64,000 bases of DNA, from positions 1 through 64,000 of the IMG/VR virus record IMGVR_UViG_3300016657_000021; one strand, 5' to 3'. The position numbers and the translations under genes were made by a program. Below, piece after piece: positions 18,844 through 28,585 of the stretch. Source of the DNA: an uncultured virus (IMG/VR IMGVR_UViG_3300016657_000021). Lineage: Duplodnaviria > Heunggongvirae > Uroviricota > Caudoviricetes. The notes under the pieces are model-generated. The model saw nothing but the letters and a program-made list of their open reading frames with translations. It was not told the DNA's origin and did no database searches. Every line of letters starts with the position of its first letter. The first letter of the stretch is position 1.

Positions 18844-19250
18844 TGCCGAGTGTATCGAAAAAGCAACACAATCTTATGGCGATGGTCGCCCACGACCCCG
18901 CCGCGGCCAAGCGTGTTGGCATTCCGCAGTCCGTGGGAAAGGAGTTCGCTTCTGCGGACAAAGGAAAAAAGTTTAGGGAGGGTGGTATGGCTGAGTCGAA
19001 GAAAATGATTGGCAAAGAGGTTGCGTTCATGAAGTCAAAAGGCGCTCCGAAGTCGATGATTAAGCACGAGGAAAAAGAGATGAAAACCGAAAAATACGCC
19101 AAAGGCGGTGCCGTCGGCATGACCAAGATGGGTTCCGTTCGTACGGCAGCTCCGAGCCGTGATGGTGTTGCCGCCAAAGGCAAAACCAAAGGCAAGCAGA
19201 TCGTCATGGCCGGCGCTAAAGGCATGAAGCGCGGCGGCAAGTGCGGCTAA
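18843..19250 (+). CDS. basic protein (MPSVSKKQHNLM...) with three xxxGG motifs
   Basis: TGATG coupling; likely true start lies inside track ORF 18381-19250. Confidence 0.75.
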   Translation: MPSVSKKQHNLMAMVAHDPAAAKRVGIPQSVGKEFASADKGKKFREGGMAESKKMIGKEVAFMKSKGAPKSMIKHEEKEMKTEKYAKGGAVGMTKMGSVRTAAPSRDGVAAKGKTKGKQIVMAGAKGMKRGGKCG

Positions 19251-19259
19251 GGAGCTGCC

Positions 19260-19847
19260 GTGAAAAAGCGCACGTTTGCCGATGGCGGGGCTGTTCCTGA
19301 CTTTAGCCGTCTGTCGTTCAAAGAAGCATTTCAGGCCGCTCGCGGTGGCCCGGATGCTAAGACTCCCATGAACAAGACATTCATGTGGAACGGCACCGAG
19401 TACAAAACAAACATAGACAAGCCGAAGGCCAAGAGCAAGCCTGCGCCGGATCAGTCGCAAGCCGAAACCAACCGGCTGCGCCGGCAGGATGACGAAGCAG
19501 GCCCGAGCGTGTCCAGCATACCGGAAAAGCCGAAGCGGGAAATGAAGCTGCCGGAGGTTGAGTACACCGACGAAATGAATGATGCGCTCATGACCGCAAT
19601 GGGTGGTGCAGGACTTGCTCGTAAGCTCGGTAAAGAGCTTACGCGTGCAGGCGCACTGCGTGCCGAAGCAGGCATTCGTGAAGGCAGCAAAGCCCTCAAG
19701 GAAGCCTCGCAGAAGGCGAAGTACGTGCGCGACTTCACCAAGGACAAGGAGCCGGTTCTTGGCTTCAAAAAAGGTGGTGCGGTGTCGGCTTCCCGTCGTG
19801 GTGATGGCATTGCTCAACGCGGCAAAACAAGAGGCAAACTGCGATGA
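19260..19847 (+). CDS. protein with FADGG and KKGG...DGIAQRGKT motifs
   Basis: AAGGAG SD, GTG start. Confidence 0.75.
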   Translation: MKKRTFADGGAVPDFSRLSFKEAFQAARGGPDAKTPMNKTFMWNGTEYKTNIDKPKAKSKPAPDQSQAETNRLRRQDDEAGPSVSSIPEKPKREMKLPEVEYTDEMNDALMTAMGGAGLARKLGKELTRAGALRAEAGIREGSKALKEASQKAKYVRDFTKDKEPVLGFKKGGAVSASRRGDGIAQRGKTRGKLR

Positions 19848-20116
19848 GACCTTCTCGTGGGATGGGGGCAATCGCCCCCTCAAAGATGCCCGGAGCGAAG
19901 CGCAAAGCGCGGCGCGACGATACGGACTTCACGCAATTTGCGGAGGGTGGGTGGATCAAGAACGCCATCAAGAAACCCGGTGCCCTGCACGAACAGTTAG
20001 GGGTACCGCAGGGGCAGAACATCCCGGCAGGGAAGCTCGCAAAGGCGGCAAAGGCTCCGGGCACCCTCGGTAAACGGGCACGACTGGCAGAGACGCTTAA
20101 AGGGTTTAAAAAGTGA
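19844..20116 (+). CDS. small basic protein (FAEGG; WIKNAIKKPGALH)
   Basis: ATGA overlap with upstream gene. Confidence 0.75.
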   Translation: MRPSRGMGAIAPSKMPGAKRKARRDDTDFTQFAEGGWIKNAIKKPGALHEQLGVPQGQNIPAGKLAKAAKAPGTLGKRARLAETLKGFKK

Positions 20117-20733
20117 AACGAAAGACCAAACAGTACGACGATGGCGGCTCGGTGATGGACAAACCGTCACAGGATATGCGCGACCCGGCGTATCGTAAAA
20201 GTCTTGAGAAGTCGCAAGCGCTTGAAGCCTCGCCTGTTGGCCCCGAAGATTTTGCAGGGCTTCCGGCACGTGCCATCGCAGGGGCCACAAAACTTGCACG
20301 CGCAGCAAAGGCGACAAAGCAGGGCGCTAGAACTTTTGACGTTCCTGAGATCGGCAGTGAGTTAGCGAGGAGAAGAGCCATTGTTGCAAAACAGGACAGT
20401 GATTTTGCCGAATACCCTGAGGCCCTTAAGGACTTACGGGATTTCTTGCAGAGCCAGAACGACAGAGCGCGTGAACGAAAAATGGCTGCGGCCAAAAGGC
20501 TAAACAAGCTGCGTGCGCTAAAGTCTATGGGCACCAACCTTACGACCAGCGCAATTAACTTGGGCGCAAGTAGGGCGGTAGATGCCGTTAAAAACCGAAA
20601 GCCTGCAAGCGAAACGACGGATACACCGGACTACGAAACAGGCGGTATGAAGAAGGGCGGTAAGGTATCATCGGCATCAACGCGTGGTGATGGCATCGCG
20701 CAACGTGGTAAGACAAAAGGACGGCTTCGATAA
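20113..20733 (+). CDS. protein with YDDGG and KKGG...DGIAQRGKT motifs
   Basis: GTGA overlap; shared C-terminal motif. Confidence 0.7.
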   Translation: MKRKTKQYDDGGSVMDKPSQDMRDPAYRKSLEKSQALEASPVGPEDFAGLPARAIAGATKLARAAKATKQGARTFDVPEIGSELARRRAIVAKQDSDFAEYPEALKDLRDFLQSQNDRARERKMAAAKRLNKLRALKSMGTNLTTSAINLGASRAVDAVKNRKPASETTDTPDYETGGMKKGGKVSSASTRGDGIAQRGKTKGRLR

Positions 20734-21455
20734 TGACCACCTCCGGTACAGCAGCATTCAACCTCGATCTGTCTGAGATCGTTGAAGAAGCCTTCGAGCG
20801 GGCTGGTGGGGAGCTGCGTACTGGTTACGACCTCCGCACAGCGCGGCGTTCGCTGAACCTGCTTTTTGCAGACTGGGCGAACCGTGGCGTGAACATGTGG
20901 ACGTTCGAGCAAGGCACGATCAATCTTGTACAGGGGCAAGCCACATATGATCTACCTAATGACACCGTGGATCTTCTGGAGCATGTTATTCGCACTGGTG
21001 CCGGTAACGCTTCTACCCAAGCGGATCTGACGATCACGCGGATCTCCGTTTCGACGTACGCAACCCTGCCAAACAAGCTGGCTCAAGGCCGTCCAATTCA
21101 GGTGTGGATCGAGCGCCTGTCAGGACAGACTGACCCGCTGCTGGGGGCGCAACCTGCGTACCCTCGAATCACCGTATGGCCGGTTCCGGACGGTTCGCAG
21201 CCGTATCAGTTTGTCTACTGGCGCATGCGCCGTATTCAGGACGCAGGCACTGGCGTGAGCAACATGGACATCCCGTTCCGTTTTCTGCCGTGCCTGACAG
21301 CAGGGCTTGCATACTACTTGGCGCTGAAGATTCCGGAAGGCATGCAACGTCTGGATGTGCTCAAAGCGCAGTACGATGAGGCATGGGATCTGGCTTCGAC
21401 GGAAGACCGTGAGAAGGCGGCTGTTCGACTTGTTCCGCGTTCGATGGTGATGTAA
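20733..21455 (+). CDS. putative head-tail connector/adaptor
   Basis: 240 aa; ITVWPVPD motif and helical ends typical of podovirus adaptors. Confidence 0.6.
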   Translation: MTTSGTAAFNLDLSEIVEEAFERAGGELRTGYDLRTARRSLNLLFADWANRGVNMWTFEQGTINLVQGQATYDLPNDTVDLLEHVIRTGAGNASTQADLTITRISVSTYATLPNKLAQGRPIQVWIERLSGQTDPLLGAQPAYPRITVWPVPDGSQPYQFVYWRMRRIQDAGTGVSNMDIPFRFLPCLTAGLAYYLALKIPEGMQRLDVLKAQYDEAWDLASTEDREKAAVRLVPRSMVM

Positions 21456-21844
21456 TGGGGAATCGGTTTGCATCGGGCAAGAACTCCATTGCGGAGTGCG
21501 ACCGTTGCGGGCAGCGGTACAAGCTCAAAGAGCTGAAGAAGCAGGTGTTGAAGACGAAGCTGTACAACCTGCTGGTGTGCCCCACTTGCTGGGATCCTGA
21601 CCACCCGCAGCTTCAGTTAGGCATGTATCCGGTGGACGACCCGCAAGCAGTGCGCGATCCGCGTCGAGACACCAGCTACTACCAGTCAGGGCTGGACAAC
21701 AACGGCTTCCCGAGCGAAGGTAGCCGAATGACGCAGTGGGGCTGGAATCCGGTAGGATTCGGCAATGGTGGTGACACAGGGCTGGCGATCAACGACTTGG
21801 TTGGTGTCGGCGCTGTAGGCACAGTTACGGTGGTTACACAGTAG
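21455..21844 (+). CDS. hypothetical protein with two CxxC motifs
   Basis: CDRC...CPTC; TAATG coupling. Confidence 0.75.
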   Translation: MGNRFASGKNSIAECDRCGQRYKLKELKKQVLKTKLYNLLVCPTCWDPDHPQLQLGMYPVDDPQAVRDPRRDTSYYQSGLDNNGFPSEGSRMTQWGWNPVGFGNGGDTGLAINDLVGVGAVGTVTVVTQ

Positions 21845-21853
21845 GAGTAGACA

Positions 21854-22018
21854 ATGGATGCCAAGCAAGTGAAGCGCATTGCCGACAAGGAAGTGAAAGC
21901 ACACGAGTCGCGCATGCACAAGGGCGTTAAGAAAATGAAGAAGGGTGGCCCTACTTCTGAGGACATGATGCGCGTCGGTCGCAACATGGCGCGTGCGCAG
22001 AACCAAGGCAGCAAATAA
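21854..22018 (+). CDS. small basic protein (54 aa, MKKGG motif)
   Basis: Hand-translated MDAKQVKRIADKEVKAHESRMHKGVKKMKKGG...; AGGAG SD. Confidence 0.7.
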   Translation: MDAKQVKRIADKEVKAHESRMHKGVKKMKKGGPTSEDMMRVGRNMARAQNQGSK

Positions 22019-22278
22019 TGGCTAAGTACTCTCACAAGCAAGGCGGCAAAGAAGTCGGACACGCCGCCACATACGCGGAGCCACACACCATGACTGGCAA
22101 AAAAGTTTCGCCCGCTACGTCGAAAGGCAAAAGCGGCGCGCAGGCCATTAACGAACTCAACCCGTCTGTCGGTAATATGACCAAAGGCAACACCAAGCCG
22201 GATAAGACGGACGGCATCAAGATCCGTGGTACCGGTGCGGCAACCAAAGGTGTTAAAGCACGCGGCCCGATGGGTTAA
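22018..22278 (+). CDS. small basic protein
   Basis: GIKIRGTGAATKG C-terminus; TAATG coupling. Confidence 0.75.
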   Translation: MAKYSHKQGGKEVGHAATYAEPHTMTGKKVSPATSKGKSGAQAINELNPSVGNMTKGNTKPDKTDGIKIRGTGAATKGVKARGPMG

Positions 22279-22287
22279 GGAGCAAAC

Positions 22288-22926
22288 GTGAACTATGCGC
22301 AGCTTGTAGATGCCATTCAGTCGTACACGCAAAACTACGACGCCGACTTTATTGCCAACATCCCGACGTTTGTTCAGGAGGCCGAGAAGCGCATCTATAA
22401 TTCGGTGCAGCTCCCGGTTCAGCGCAAGAATGTCACAGGCAGTGTGACTAGCGGGAATCCGTACTTGACCTTGCCGAATGACTGGCTGGCTGCGTATTCG
22501 CTTGCAGTGATGGATGCGCCTAGTGGCGGCTACGAGTACTTGTTGAACAAGGACGTGAACTTTATTCGGCAAGCGTTTCCGTACCCGGCCACTTCCGGAA
22601 CACCAAAGTACTACGCTATTTTCGGCCAAAACACGCTCATCCTCGGCCCTACGCCGGACGATGACTGCAGTGTTGAAATGCACTACTTTGCATATCCGCA
22701 GTCGATTGTGGACGCAGGTACGTCGTGGTTGGGCACAAACTTTGATCCACCTTTGCTGTACGGTGCTTTGCTTGAGGCATATACGTTCATGAAAGGCGAA
22801 CAAGATGTCATGCAGTACTACCAGCAGCGGTACGATGAGGCTATTATGCAACTGAAGAGACTTGCCGATGGTCTTGAGCGTCAGGATGCGTATCGCTCGG
22901 GGCAAGCTCGTGTGGGGGTTAAATGA
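22288..22926 (+). CDS. putative phage adaptor/tail tubular protein
   Basis: GTPKYY...LGPTPD...LLYGALLEA pattern. Confidence 0.65.
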   Translation: MNYAQLVDAIQSYTQNYDADFIANIPTFVQEAEKRIYNSVQLPVQRKNVTGSVTSGNPYLTLPNDWLAAYSLAVMDAPSGGYEYLLNKDVNFIRQAFPYPATSGTPKYYAIFGQNTLILGPTPDDDCSVEMHYFAYPQSIVDAGTSWLGTNFDPPLLYGALLEAYTFMKGEQDVMQYYQQRYDEAIMQLKRLADGLERQDAYRSGQARVGVK

Positions 22927-23210
22927 CAGATGTAGGTGTTTTGCTTGGCGGTGTTGTCTCAGTGCACACGACTTCTGGTCGAGGATTTACTGCTGAAGAA
23001 ATTGCAGAACGTGCGCTGGATAAGATCGTGTATGTCGGTTCGCAAAGCCATCCGGTAATTCGTGAACAGGCGGAAGCGTTTCGCGGTCAGATCCATCAGG
23101 TGCTGATTGCGTATATGAAGGAAGCGGTGCAGTCTGAACGGACTACCATCGCTAACAAGTTGCGAGAAGCAGGACATCCTGAACTCGTTGGCATTCTCAA
23201 TCAGGAGTAA
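22923..23210 (+). CDS. hypothetical protein (95 aa)
   Basis: ATGA overlap. Confidence 0.7.
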   Translation: MTDVGVLLGGVVSVHTTSGRGFTAEEIAERALDKIVYVGSQSHPVIREQAEAFRGQIHQVLIAYMKEAVQSERTTIANKLREAGHPELVGILNQE

Positions 23211-23213
23211 GAC

Positions 23214-23642
23214 ATGGCTATTTCTCAGGCAATGTGCACCAGCTTCAAATCGGAACTGATGCAGGCACTGCACAACTTCACCACCAGCACCGGTAACGCG
23301 TTCAAGATTGCGCTGTACACCTCGTCGGCTACGCTTGGCGCAACGACCACGGCGTATTCGGCAACCAATGAGGTGACTGGCACGGGCTATACAGCCGGCG
23401 GTAATACGCTGACCAACGTGACTCCGACTACTTCGGGCACAACGGCGTTTACGGACTTTGCAGATACTACGTGGTCTTCTGCAACGATTACGGCTCGCGG
23501 TGCGTTGATCTACAACAGCACGAACTCAAACCGAGCTGTTTGCGTGCTGGACTTCGGTGCGGACAAGACCTCGACGAACGGCGATTTCACCATCGTGTTT
23601 CCGACCCCGGACGCATCCAACGCGATCATCCGTATTGCGTAA
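23214..23642 (+). CDS. virion structural protein (tail-associated)
   Basis: FKIALYT...GYTAGG...ARGALIYN pattern; AGGAG SD. Confidence 0.75.
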   Translation: MAISQAMCTSFKSELMQALHNFTTSTGNAFKIALYTSSATLGATTTAYSATNEVTGTGYTAGGNTLTNVTPTTSGTTAFTDFADTTWSSATITARGALIYNSTNSNRAVCVLDFGADKTSTNGDFTIVFPTPDASNAIIRIA

Positions 23643-23652
23643 GGTGATCTAA

Positions 23653-24291
23653 ATGGCACTCGTCGTAGCGGATCGCGTCAAGGAGACAACGACTACCACA
23701 GGCACCGGTACAGTTACGCTGGCCGGTGCTGTCACCGGCTTTCAGTCGTTCAGCGCCGTTGGTAACGCCAACACGACGTACTATTGCATCGCAGGCCAAG
23801 GCACTTCCGAGTGGGAAGTGGGTATCGGCACGTACACTTCTTCCGGTACCACGTTATCGCGTGACACGGTGCTCGCTTCTTCTAATGCTGGTTCCGCTGT
23901 TAACTTCAGTGCGGGCACTAAGGATGTTTTTGTCACATACCCCGCAGGTAAAGGCGTAACTGTTGCAGGCCCTGCGATTCCGGGTACGATTCAAGAAACT
24001 GTTTATACCCTTTCGGACGCAGCATCTATTGCAATTGATCCGGCAAATGGCTCGATACAGACCCTGACACTGGCGGGCACTGCCCGCACGCTGACTTACT
24101 CTGCAATGCTGGACGGTCAGGCAGTGACGCTGATGATTAACGATGGTACGGCTGGCACAATCACTACGTGGAACGCGACGTTTGTGAATAACAGCGCAAA
24201 CCCTCCTACACTTTCAACAACCGGATTCACCGTTGTGGTTGTGTGGAAAGTGGCGGGCGTTGTGTACGCCGCAGTAGTGGGGAATGCGTAA
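23653..24291 (+). CDS. tail fibre/spike-associated protein
   Basis: ADRVKETTTTTGTG...EWEVGIGT...KDVFVTYPA N-terminal domain. Confidence 0.7.
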   Translation: MALVVADRVKETTTTTGTGTVTLAGAVTGFQSFSAVGNANTTYYCIAGQGTSEWEVGIGTYTSSGTTLSRDTVLASSNAGSAVNFSAGTKDVFVTYPAGKGVTVAGPAIPGTIQETVYTLSDAASIAIDPANGSIQTLTLAGTARTLTYSAMLDGQAVTLMINDGTAGTITTWNATFVNNSANPPTLSTTGFTVVVVWKVAGVVYAAVVGNA

Positions 24292-26183
24292 TGCTGTCGA
24301 AACTGTTAGCGGGGGCAGGTGCCGAAGCTATCTCGTATTCAGACATTACGGTTGTCACGAGCGGCACGCTTATCGGCAACTCAGCAATTACGTTCAGCCC
24401 AGCATTGCAACAGAACGATGTCGTGTTCCTTATCATTGGTGATAACGCCACGGATTACACCATTCCCAGCGGGTACATCGAAAGCACTGGGGCGGTGTTG
24501 ACGACCGTGTACCGCTTTTCGTGCTACTACAAAGTGATGGGTTCAACACCGGACACAGGCATCGACCTTAACGACGGTAACGATACCAGCGGCGGCACCT
24601 ACTACGTACTACGAAACGTACAAACAGAATCGCCGGTGATCGAGGTTAACTACACCGTCGGCACAAGTAGTTCTGCAAACCTGACACCCCCTGCGCTAAC
24701 AGCCCCCGCAAAGAGTTTGTTCCTAGTTGCGGGATTCACCGGCAACGGTTCTTCCGCAGTACTTACCGCTGCACCTTCTGGGTATACGGGGTTTTTGACA
24801 CGCGATGTGTCTGGTAACTCTGACACATATGTGGGTTCTGCATACAAAGTCATAACCACCACAGGCACAGAAACACCGGGAGCGTTTACGCTGTCCAGTA
24901 CTGCCGCAGCATATGGGGCGGTGTCCATGGTTGTGCGCCCGTACAGCAATATGTTCACGGACATCGCACCGGCACTGGTTTCCACCGCGTCTACACAAAA
25001 CAGCAGTAGTGGAACCTCGCTCGTCATCAATAAACCTCCGGGGACTATTGATGGGGATACAATGGTGGCCCTGCTTACCGCAGGGGGTGGCACCGTTGCT
25101 GGATGGACAGGCCCGGCAGGGTGGAATGAAGTGGCGGATTCAACCACGGGTCGACCGGTAAACGCTGTGTATTGGAAAACTGCAAGTAGCGAAGGTACCA
25201 GCTATACCTTTACTGCGGGAACGAGCCGCACGCTGTCCGGGTCAATCCTTGTGTACCGATACGCGGCATACGACGCCATTAGTGCTTTTTCAGCGCAAAA
25301 CGCATCCCCTACAATCCCGTCCGTAACAGCATCGACGCAGCAGAGCAAGTTGGTTGGCATTGTAGGGTATGACGCTGCTAGCTCTAGCCCCCAAGTAATA
25401 GGTATGAATTTGCAAGTCGCGGACACGGACGGAACAGCTCCTTCGTACGGCATCGAAGATTCGCCGTTAGCCAAAGGCCCGTCTGGTACGAGGAACACCA
25501 TTACAGGAGGCGGAAACAGTAACGGTATCCAGCTAGTGCTGAAACCAACTGGGGCTTCGCGGCCGAGCCAAACGGTGTCATTCATCACATCGGCCACGAA
25601 CGCAAGTTCTGACAATACGAGTACGTTGGTCGTTCCTTCTGGTGTGCAGGCAGGGGATTTGTTGGTGTGGAGTGATTACGTGCCGAACTACTCTTCCGGA
25701 ACGGTTCCATCCGGTTTTACGCAGATAGTCTTGACCACTGCCTCTGCGGTTAACCACCGTACGGCGTACAAAATCGCAACGGGTACGGAGTCCGGCACGA
25801 CTTTGACAGGCATGACCGGTTCTGATTTCGCGAACGCACTCGCGGTGTTCAGGGGGGCAATCCCGTTCACGGGGGCCGCGTTTACTGTGTGGAACAGTGA
25901 AGGACTTACAGACGGCGATCCGGCGTCACAAACCGTCAGCGTTCCCGATATAGGTACCGGGGTTGTGATCGCGGTGGCAGGCGCTCGTAGCACTACGGGT
26001 AATATCGCCTTTAGCACGCAGTCACCAACCTTCGACGGGACAATAAGCTCGCGCAACAGTGGCGGTGAGGCACTCACACTCGGGTACAACATTTACGACT
26101 TTGCGCCAGTAGCTCAGACGGTAGACGTTGCTGATGTCGGCACCCGCAACACACTGCAGTCCGGGCTACTGTCCCTTTTCTGA
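24291..26183 (+). CDS. putative receptor-binding/tail protein with three repeated beta domains
   Basis: TAATG coupling; Thr/Ser/Gly-rich; internal repeats. Confidence 0.7.
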   Translation: MLSKLLAGAGAEAISYSDITVVTSGTLIGNSAITFSPALQQNDVVFLIIGDNATDYTIPSGYIESTGAVLTTVYRFSCYYKVMGSTPDTGIDLNDGNDTSGGTYYVLRNVQTESPVIEVNYTVGTSSSANLTPPALTAPAKSLFLVAGFTGNGSSAVLTAAPSGYTGFLTRDVSGNSDTYVGSAYKVITTTGTETPGAFTLSSTAAAYGAVSMVVRPYSNMFTDIAPALVSTASTQNSSSGTSLVINKPPGTIDGDTMVALLTAGGGTVAGWTGPAGWNEVADSTTGRPVNAVYWKTASSEGTSYTFTAGTSRTLSGSILVYRYAAYDAISAFSAQNASPTIPSVTASTQQSKLVGIVGYDAASSSPQVIGMNLQVADTDGTAPSYGIEDSPLAKGPSGTRNTITGGGNSNGIQLVLKPTGASRPSQTVSFITSATNASSDNTSTLVVPSGVQAGDLLVWSDYVPNYSSGTVPSGFTQIVLTTASAVNHRTAYKIATGTESGTTLTGMTGSDFANALAVFRGAIPFTGAAFTVWNSEGLTDGDPASQTVSVPDIGTGVVIAVAGARSTTGNIAFSTQSPTFDGTISSRNSGGEALTLGYNIYDFAPVAQTVDVADVGTRNTLQSGLLSLF

Positions 26184-26194
26184 TAGGGTTTACC

Positions 26195-26641
26195 ATGTAC
26201 GCAAAGGTTGAAAAAGACACCGTTATCAAGTTTCCGTACACGATGGATGACCTTCGTGCGGACTACCCCACGGCGAGTATCTCGGCAAACTTGTCAAACC
26301 CGCTTCTCGCACATCTGAACCTCGTGCGCGTTGTAGTCACCGGTGCGCCAGAGCATGACTCAACCAAAGAGGTTGCGGAGCAAAGCGGCTGTGTGTTCAA
26401 CCGTGAGAAGTTGCGATGGGAAACCGCGTTTGTGCTTCGCCCGTTAACCGAGGCGGAAATCGAAGCAAAAGCCGACGAGGTTCGCGCGCAGCGGAATAAC
26501 CGGTTGTCTCGCTGCGATTGGACGCAGATATTGGATGCGCCGGTAGACCGCGCAGCATGGGCTACCTACCGACAAGCACTACGCGACCTGACCTCGCAGG
26601 AGGGGTTTCCGTTCAACGTGGTTTGGCCGCAGGAGCCGTAA
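26195..26641 (+). CDS. tail fibre assembly chaperone
   Basis: RAQRNNRLSRCDWTQ..D......WATYRQALRDL...WP motif. Confidence 0.85.
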   Translation: MYAKVEKDTVIKFPYTMDDLRADYPTASISANLSNPLLAHLNLVRVVVTGAPEHDSTKEVAEQSGCVFNREKLRWETAFVLRPLTEAEIEAKADEVRAQRNNRLSRCDWTQILDAPVDRAAWATYRQALRDLTSQEGFPFNVVWPQEP

Positions 26642-26645
26642 CTAA

Positions 26646-27605
26646 ATGTTCGCGTTCGACGCTCTCTCGGAAGCCCCATTCTCCGCCCTACCGGGCGGGC
26701 CAACGCTCGTTTCGGTTACTGGTGTTGGGGCTACTGGAAGTGTCGGCACCGTAGCGGTTACAGCAGTAGCAATTACAGACGTAACCGGTGTTGAAGCAAC
26801 TGGTGCGGTTGGAACCGTTTCGGTCGTACTCCCGGCAGTTGTACCTGTAACGGGCGTTGAGGCCACTGGCAGTGTAGGCACTATTACGGTGCTCACAGGC
26901 ATGTCTGTGCCTGTTACCGGCGTGTCCGCCACCGGTGCGGTCGGCACAGTCACAGTCTCAGGCAAAGCCAGCGTCGATGTAACAGGGGTTGAAGCAACCG
27001 GTACGGTTGGCGACGTTACCGTTGCTGCCGGAGCAAGCGCTGCAGTTACGGGCGTGTCCGCCAACGGTGAGGTGGGCACTGTTACTGTACAGAACTCCAT
27101 AAGCGTTGCTGTGACCGGCGTGCAGGCTACTGCACAAGAGGGTATTGCCGAAGCTTTTACTGGAACGCTTGTTTTTACCACGGGCGTATTGGCCACTGGC
27201 GCTGTTGGTGACGCTACTGTTGCCGTGTCGCAGTACATCGCGGTTACGGGCGTAGAAGCCGTTGGTTTTGTTGGTGCTGTAACGGTGCGTGAGAGCGTGT
27301 CGTTTGACGTTACCGGCGTTTCCGCTACCGGCGAGATCGGCACAGCCGCCGTCAATGCAAAGGGTACGGTATATCCTACGGGTGTGCAGGCAACCGGCCA
27401 GATAGGTACGGTGTCGTTCAAGCTTGCATGCAAGGTGTATCCGACCGGTGTGCAGGCGACGGGGTATGTAGGCAAAGTACTTGTGTGGGGCTTGGTGCCA
27501 GACAGCCAAGACCCTGATTGGCAACCTGTTAATGATGCACAAGGCGGAACATGGGTGCCGGTAAATGACGGCAACACGGTAACGTGGCAAGAGGTAGTGA
27601 CATGA
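26646..27605 (+). CDS. VTGVxATG-repeat virion protein
   Basis: About 19-aa repeat over most of the 319 aa. Confidence 0.75.
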   Translation: MFAFDALSEAPFSALPGGPTLVSVTGVGATGSVGTVAVTAVAITDVTGVEATGAVGTVSVVLPAVVPVTGVEATGSVGTITVLTGMSVPVTGVSATGAVGTVTVSGKASVDVTGVEATGTVGDVTVAAGASAAVTGVSANGEVGTVTVQNSISVAVTGVQATAQEGIAEAFTGTLVFTTGVLATGAVGDATVAVSQYIAVTGVEAVGFVGAVTVRESVSFDVTGVSATGEIGTAAVNAKGTVYPTGVQATGQIGTVSFKLACKVYPTGVQATGYVGKVLVWGLVPDSQDPDWQPVNDAQGGTWVPVNDGNTVTWQEVVT

Positions 27606-28129
27606 ATAAGATGCGCATAGCTATCGCTGCGCTGACGCTATCGGCCTCGGCTTTTGTTGGTTTGCTGACGCATGAGGGATATACCAGCAAGGCGATCATT
27701 CCGGTGCCGGGGGATGTTTGGACGTTCGGCTTCGGTACTACCGACGGCGTAAAAATGGGGGACAGCATCGACCCAGTAGAAGCCGTCAACCGCGCTCACC
27801 GGGATGTGGCCAAGTTCGAAGGCGCTGTCAAACAGTGCGTCACCGCTCCGCTCTACCCGTACGAGTACGACGCATATGTGCAATTTGCATACAATGTGGG
27901 AGCAGCGCGGTTCTGTAACTCATCTATACCCACCAAGCTGAACGCAGGGCAGTACGAAGCGGCGTGCAAGACGCTGCTTGAGTTCACTTGCGGGCCTGCA
28001 ACACAGACAACACGGGCTAAGCCGGGACAGCCGTGCTACTCAAAGACCCGACCGCTGCGGCAGCTGCGCGGCTTGGTCGAACGACGCAAGAAGGAGTACG
28101 CCCTATGCTCGGGTTCATTAACCCAGTAG
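27602..28129 (+). CDS. GH24 lysozyme, probable SAR endolysin
   Basis: Ala-rich N-terminal TM segment followed by HEG...D.WT.GFG.T; YNVG; GLVERRKKE. Confidence 0.9.
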   Translation: MNKMRIAIAALTLSASAFVGLLTHEGYTSKAIIPVPGDVWTFGFGTTDGVKMGDSIDPVEAVNRAHRDVAKFEGAVKQCVTAPLYPYEYDAYVQFAYNVGAARFCNSSIPTKLNAGQYEAACKTLLEFTCGPATQTTRAKPGQPCYSKTRPLRQLRGLVERRKKEYALCSGSLTQ

Positions 28130-28584
28130 TTGTACTTATTGCAACCCTTACGGTCGCTATTTCTGGTGGCGTAGGGTACTATTTCGGCTACGATGAACGT
28201 GACCAGTCTTGCAAGCAAGAGCAGGACAAAGAGAAGGCTCGGATTGCTCAAGCAGTAGCAGACGAGCTTGTTCGGGTCAGGGAAAAGGAAGCCTCGATGC
28301 AGACCGCTGCAGACAGGCTGCGAAAGGATACGGATGAAGCGCTTCGTGCTGCCAATGCTCGCGCCGCTGCTCTTGCTGACAGCTTGCGCAACCGCCCCCA
28401 GCGCCCCGCTGCCGAAAGTGGAGTGCCCCCGGTTGCCGGAGCTGCCGGAGCCGCCGAAGGATGTACTGGATCACAACTTTATCGAGAAGATGGAACGGCT
28501 CTTGTCGGGGAAGCTCGACTAGCCAACGAGGTGCAGAAGTACCTCCGTCTTTACTACGAAGCATACAAAGAAGCGAGGAAGTGA
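28105..28584 (+). CDS. i-spanin (Rz-like)
   Basis: AAGGAG SD; N-terminal TM then coiled coil; follows the endolysin. Confidence 0.8.
   Translation: MLGFINPVVVLIATLTVAISGGVGYYFGYDERDQSCKQEQDKEKARIAQAVADELVRVREKEASMQTAADRLRKDTDEALRAANARAAALADSLRNRPQRPAAESGVPPVAGAAGAAEGCTGSQLYREDGTALVGEARLANEVQKYLRLYYEAYKEARK
28334..28522 (+). CDS. o-spanin lipoprotein (Rz1-like), embedded in Rz
   Basis: MKRFVLPMLAPLLLLTAC lipobox, Pro-rich mature part, AAGGA SD, +1 frame inside Rz. Confidence 0.85.
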   Translation: MKRFVLPMLAPLLLLTACATAPSAPLPKVECPRLPELPEPPKDVLDHNFIEKMERLLSGKLD

Positions 28585-28585
28585 T

